Origin: a virus | Taxonomy: Duplodnaviria; Heunggongvirae; Uroviricota; Caudoviricetes | Direction: 5' to 3' (one strand) | Length of the DNA stretch: 40,525 nucleotides | IMG/VR virus record: IMGVR_UViG_2734482565_000012 | Shown here: positions 37,741 to 40,525 of the stretch, one piece after another | Layout: every line of letters begins with the position of its first letter | How positions within the stretch are numbered: the stretch's first letter is position 1 | Position numbers and translations under genes: made by a program | Notes under the pieces: generated by a model | Database searches by the model: none | What the model was told of the DNA's origin: nothing | What the model saw: only the letters and a program-made list of their open reading frames with translations

Positions 37741-38542
37741 GCAACCACCAATCGCAAAAGCCGATCTGCAAAAAACTCAGGGAAACCGTGCACCAGCAGC
37801 AATTAAAAATAACGACGTGATTAGTTTTATTAACCAGCCATCAATGAAAGAGCAACTGGCAGCAGCTCTTCCACGCCATATGACGGCTGAACGTATGATC
37901 CGTATCGCCACCACAGAAATTCGTAAAGTTCCGGCGTTAGGAAACTGTGACACTATGAGTTTTGTCAGTGCAATCGTACAGTGTTCACAGCTCGGACTTG
38001 AGCCCGGTAGCGCCCTCGGTCATGCATATTTACTGCCTTTTGGTAATAAAAACGAAAAGAGCGGTAAAAAAAACGTTCAGCTAATCATTGGCTATCGCGG
38101 CATGATTGATCTGGCTCGCCGTTCAGGTCAAATCGCCAGCCTGTCAGCCCGTGTTGTCCGTGAAGGTGACGAGTTTAATTTCGAATTTGGCCTTGATGAA
38201 AAGTTAATACACCGCCCAGGAGAAAACGAAGATGCCCCTGTTACCCACGTCTATGCTGTCGCAAGACTGAAAGACGGAGGTACTCAGTTTGAAGTTATGA
38301 CGCGCAAACAGATTGAGCTGGTGCGCAGCCAGAGTAAAGCTGGTAATAACGGGCCGTGGGTAACTCACTGGGAAGAAATGGCAAAGAAAACGGCTATTCG
38401 TCGCCTGTTCAAATATCTGCCCGTATCAATTGAGATCCAGCGTGCAGTATCAATGGATGAAAAGGAACCACTGACAATCGATCCTGCAGATTCCTCTGTA
38501 TTAACCGGGGAATACAGTGTAATCGATAATTCAGAGGAATAA
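37733..38542 (+). CDS. recT: recombinase RecT (single-strand annealing protein)
   Basis: 269 aa from [26 protein letters not shown]..; ATG at 37733 overlaps the recE stop (ATGACTAA). Confidence 0.95.
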   Translation: MTKQPPIAKADLQKTQGNRAPAAIKNNDVISFINQPSMKEQLAAALPRHMTAERMIRIATTEIRKVPALGNCDTMSFVSAIVQCSQLGLEPGSALGHAYLLPFGNKNEKSGKKNVQLIIGYRGMIDLARRSGQIASLSARVVREGDEFNFEFGLDEKLIHRPGENEDAPVTHVYAVARLKDGGTQFEVMTRKQIELVRSQSKAGNNGPWVTHWEEMAKKTAIRRLFKYLPVSIEIQRAVSMDEKEPLTIDPADSSVLTGEYSVIDNSEE

Positions 38543-38597
38543 TTCAGCCTGGCGGTGTAATGCACCGCCAACTTGAAATATTTTTATGAGAAAAATT

Positions 38598-38792
38598 ATG
38601 AGATATGACAATGTTAAACCATGTCCATTTTGTGGTTGTCCATCAGTAACGGTGAAAGCCATTTCAGGATATTACCGAGCGAAGTGTAACGGATGCGAAT
38701 CCCGAACCGGTTATGGTGGAAGTGAAAAAGAAGCACTCGAACGATGAAATAAACGAACCACTGGAAATAATAATGGAGGTGTTCATGTATAA
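38598..38792 (+). pseudogene. ralR: ralR (restriction-alleviation / type I toxin) frame with in-frame TGA at codon 50
   Basis: ATG 38598: MRYDNVKPCPFCGCPSVTVKAISGYYRAKCNGCESRTGYGGSEKEALER then TGA (38745-38747); the same frame stays open 14 more codons (NKRTTGNNNGGVHV) to TAA at 38790-38792. Confidence 0.5.
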
Positions 38793-38973
38793 AATTACCG
38801 CCACTATTGAAAAGGAAGGTGGCACTCCTACTAACTGGACAAGATATTCAAAATCTAAACTAACGAAATCAGAATGCGAAAAAATGCTCTCAGGTAAAAA
38901 AGAAGCAGGCGTTTCCAGAGAGCAGAAAGTAAAACTGATAAATTTTAATTGCGAGAAACTTCAGTCCTCGTGA
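38785..38973 (+). CDS. ydaC: YdaC-like small protein
   Basis: GGAGG SD then ATG at 38785; MYKITATIEKEGGTPTNWTRYSKSKLTKSECEKMLSGKKEAGVSREQKVKLINFNCEKLQSS. Confidence 0.65.
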   Translation: MYKITATIEKEGGTPTNWTRYSKSKLTKSECEKMLSGKKEAGVSREQKVKLINFNCEKLQSS

Positions 38974-39072
38974 ATTGCATTGTATTCAAATTAAAACTTC
39001 ATAGCTGATTATTAATAATCAACATCGGGCGTCAATTTAAGTCTAACATTGGCGCCTGCCAGAGGTGATGCG

Positions 39073-39288
39073 ATGGCACAAGTAATCTTTAATGAAGAGT
39101 GGATGGTTGAATACGGCCTGATGCTTCGCACTGGTCTGGGGGCCAGACAAATTGAAGCATACCGCCAGAACTGTTGGGTGGAAGGCTTCCACTTCAAACG
39201 AGTATCTCCTTTAGGGAAGCCAGACAGTAAGCGAGGGATTATCTGGTATAACTATCCAAAGATAAATCAGTTTATCAAAGACTCATGA
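39073..39288 (+). CDS. xisR: excisionase
   Basis: 71 aa from [46 protein letters not shown]..; immediately upstream of int. Confidence 0.85.
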   Translation: MAQVIFNEEWMVEYGLMLRTGLGARQIEAYRQNCWVEGFHFKRVSPLGKPDSKRGIIWYNYPKINQFIKDS

Positions 39289-39289
39289 T

Positions 39290-40525
39290 ATGTCTAAATT
39301 ACCAACAGGTGTCGAGATTCGAGGTAAATACATTCGCATCTGGTTCATGTTTCGAGGAAAACGATGTCGGGAAACATTGAAAGGCTGGGAGGTTACTAAC
39401 AGTAACATTAAAAAAGCCGGGAATTTAAGAGCGTTGATAGTTCATGAAATCAATTCCGGTGAGTTTGAGTATTTAAGACGTTTTCCCCAGTCCAGCACTG
39501 GGGCAAAAATGGTGACAACGAGGGTCATAAAAACGTTCGGGGAGCTTTGTGATATCTGGACAAAAATTAAAGAAACAGAGTTAACAACAAACACAATGAA
39601 GAAAACGAAATCACAATTAAAAACACTCAGGATAATAATTTGTGAGAGTACTCCGATATCGCATATTCGTTATAGCGATATCTTAAACTACCGGAATGAA
39701 CTGCTGCATGGAGAAACGCTTTACCTGGATAATCCAAGATCCAACAAAAAAGGAAGAACCGTGCGCACAGTTGATAACTATATCGCCCTGCTCTGTTCGT
39801 TGTTACGTTTTGCGTATCAGTCGGGATTTATATCAACCAAACCATTTGAAGGAGTAAAGAAATTACAGAGAAACAGAATAAAGCCTGACCCGTTATCTAA
39901 AACAGAATTCAATGCATTAATGGAAAGTGAAAAAGGACAGAGCCAGAACTTGTGGAAATTTGCCGTATACTCCGGGCTTCGTCACGGGGAACTGGCTGCT
40001 CTGGCGTGGGAGGATGTGGATTTCGAGAAGGGAGTTGTGAATGTCAGAAGAAACCTGACGATACTGGATATGTTCGGTCCCCCAAAAACAAATGCGGGGA
40101 TCCGGACGGTAACACTACTGCAGCCTGCTCTTGAAGCACTGAAGGAGCAATACAAACTGACCGGGCATCATCGCAAAAGCGAAATCACTTTTTATCATCG
40201 GGAGTACGGCAGAACCGAAAAGCAAAAACTGCATTTTGTTTTCATGCCCAGAGTGTGTAACGGAAAACAGAAACCTTATTACTCGGTAAGCAGTTTGGGT
40301 GCGAGATGGAATGCAGCAGTAAAACGTGCTGGTATTCGCCGCCGTAATCCGTACCATACGCGGCATACTTTTGCCTGCTGGCTGTTGACGGCAGGAGCGA
40401 ACCCGGCGTTTATAGCCAGCCAGATGGGGCATGAAACTGCGCAGATGGTGTATGAAATTTACGGTATGTGGATTGATGACATGAACGACGAACAGGTAGC
40501 CATGTTGAATGCGCGGTTATCGTAG
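39290..40525 (+). CDS. intR: tyrosine integrase (Rac-type)
   Basis: 411 aa; C-terminal catalytic region with ..HTRHTFACWLLTAGANPAFIASQMGHETAQMVYEIYG.. (R-H-R-Y family pattern); stop is the last codon of the window. Confidence 0.95.
   Translation: MSKLPTGVEIRGKYIRIWFMFRGKRCRETLKGWEVTNSNIKKAGNLRALIVHEINSGEFEYLRRFPQSSTGAKMVTTRVIKTFGELCDIWTKIKETELTTNTMKKTKSQLKTLRIIICESTPISHIRYSDILNYRNELLHGETLYLDNPRSNKKGRTVRTVDNYIALLCSLLRFAYQSGFISTKPFEGVKKLQRNRIKPDPLSKTEFNALMESEKGQSQNLWKFAVYSGLRHGELAALAWEDVDFEKGVVNVRRNLTILDMFGPPKTNAGIRTVTLLQPALEALKEQYKLTGHHRKSEITFYHREYGRTEKQKLHFVFMPRVCNGKQKPYYSVSSLGARWNAAVKRAGIRRRNPYHTRHTFACWLLTAGANPAFIASQMGHETAQMVYEIYGMWIDDMNDEQVAMLNARLS

Noticed and set aside
1-40525. CRISPR arrays or insertion sequences
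   Set aside because: No regularly spaced direct repeats and no transposase-like ORFs or terminal inverted repeats were seen anywhere in the window.

Overview
The window is almost entirely one lambdoid prophage of the Escherichia coli Rac type, read from the start of tail gene J (left edge) to the stop codon of the integrase (right edge, 40525). Unlike the defective Rac of K-12, it carries a complete late region. Left to right: a lambda-like tail module on the minus strand (J start, I, K, L, M, tape measure, G/G-T chaperone with a -1 frameshift, major tail, terminator/completion proteins); head module (connector/adaptor, major capsid, scaffold, head-morphogenesis protein, portal, TerL, TerS); an accessory block (GT-A-like protein, ParB-like protein, trkG); a phage-21-type lysis cassette (pinholin, SAR endolysin, Rz/Rz1); two paralogous lipoproteins with a TolA C-terminal-like domain; a Q-like gene and nin-type genes; an AT-rich cargo island (28-codon hydrophobic ORF, yeaR-like gene with its own promoter and terminator, and a two-gene cassette of unknown function); replication genes (ydaU, dnaC-like ydaV); the immunity switch (ydaT, ydaS, racR); and the early-left operon on the plus strand (ydaG, ydaF, kilR, ydaE, racC, recE, recT, ralR, ydaC, xis, int) with sieB opposite. 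Two N-runs (647-952, 30081-30367) are assembly gaps that interrupt K/I and ydaV. Protein identifications come from reading the six-frame translations and recalling known lambda/Rac/phage-21 proteins; no database search was run. The best candidates for something undescribed are the AT-rich two-gene cassette at 26619-28658 and the TolA-domain lipoprotein pair at 21399-22373. Coordinates of non-ORF elements were counted by hand and may be off by 1-2 nt.
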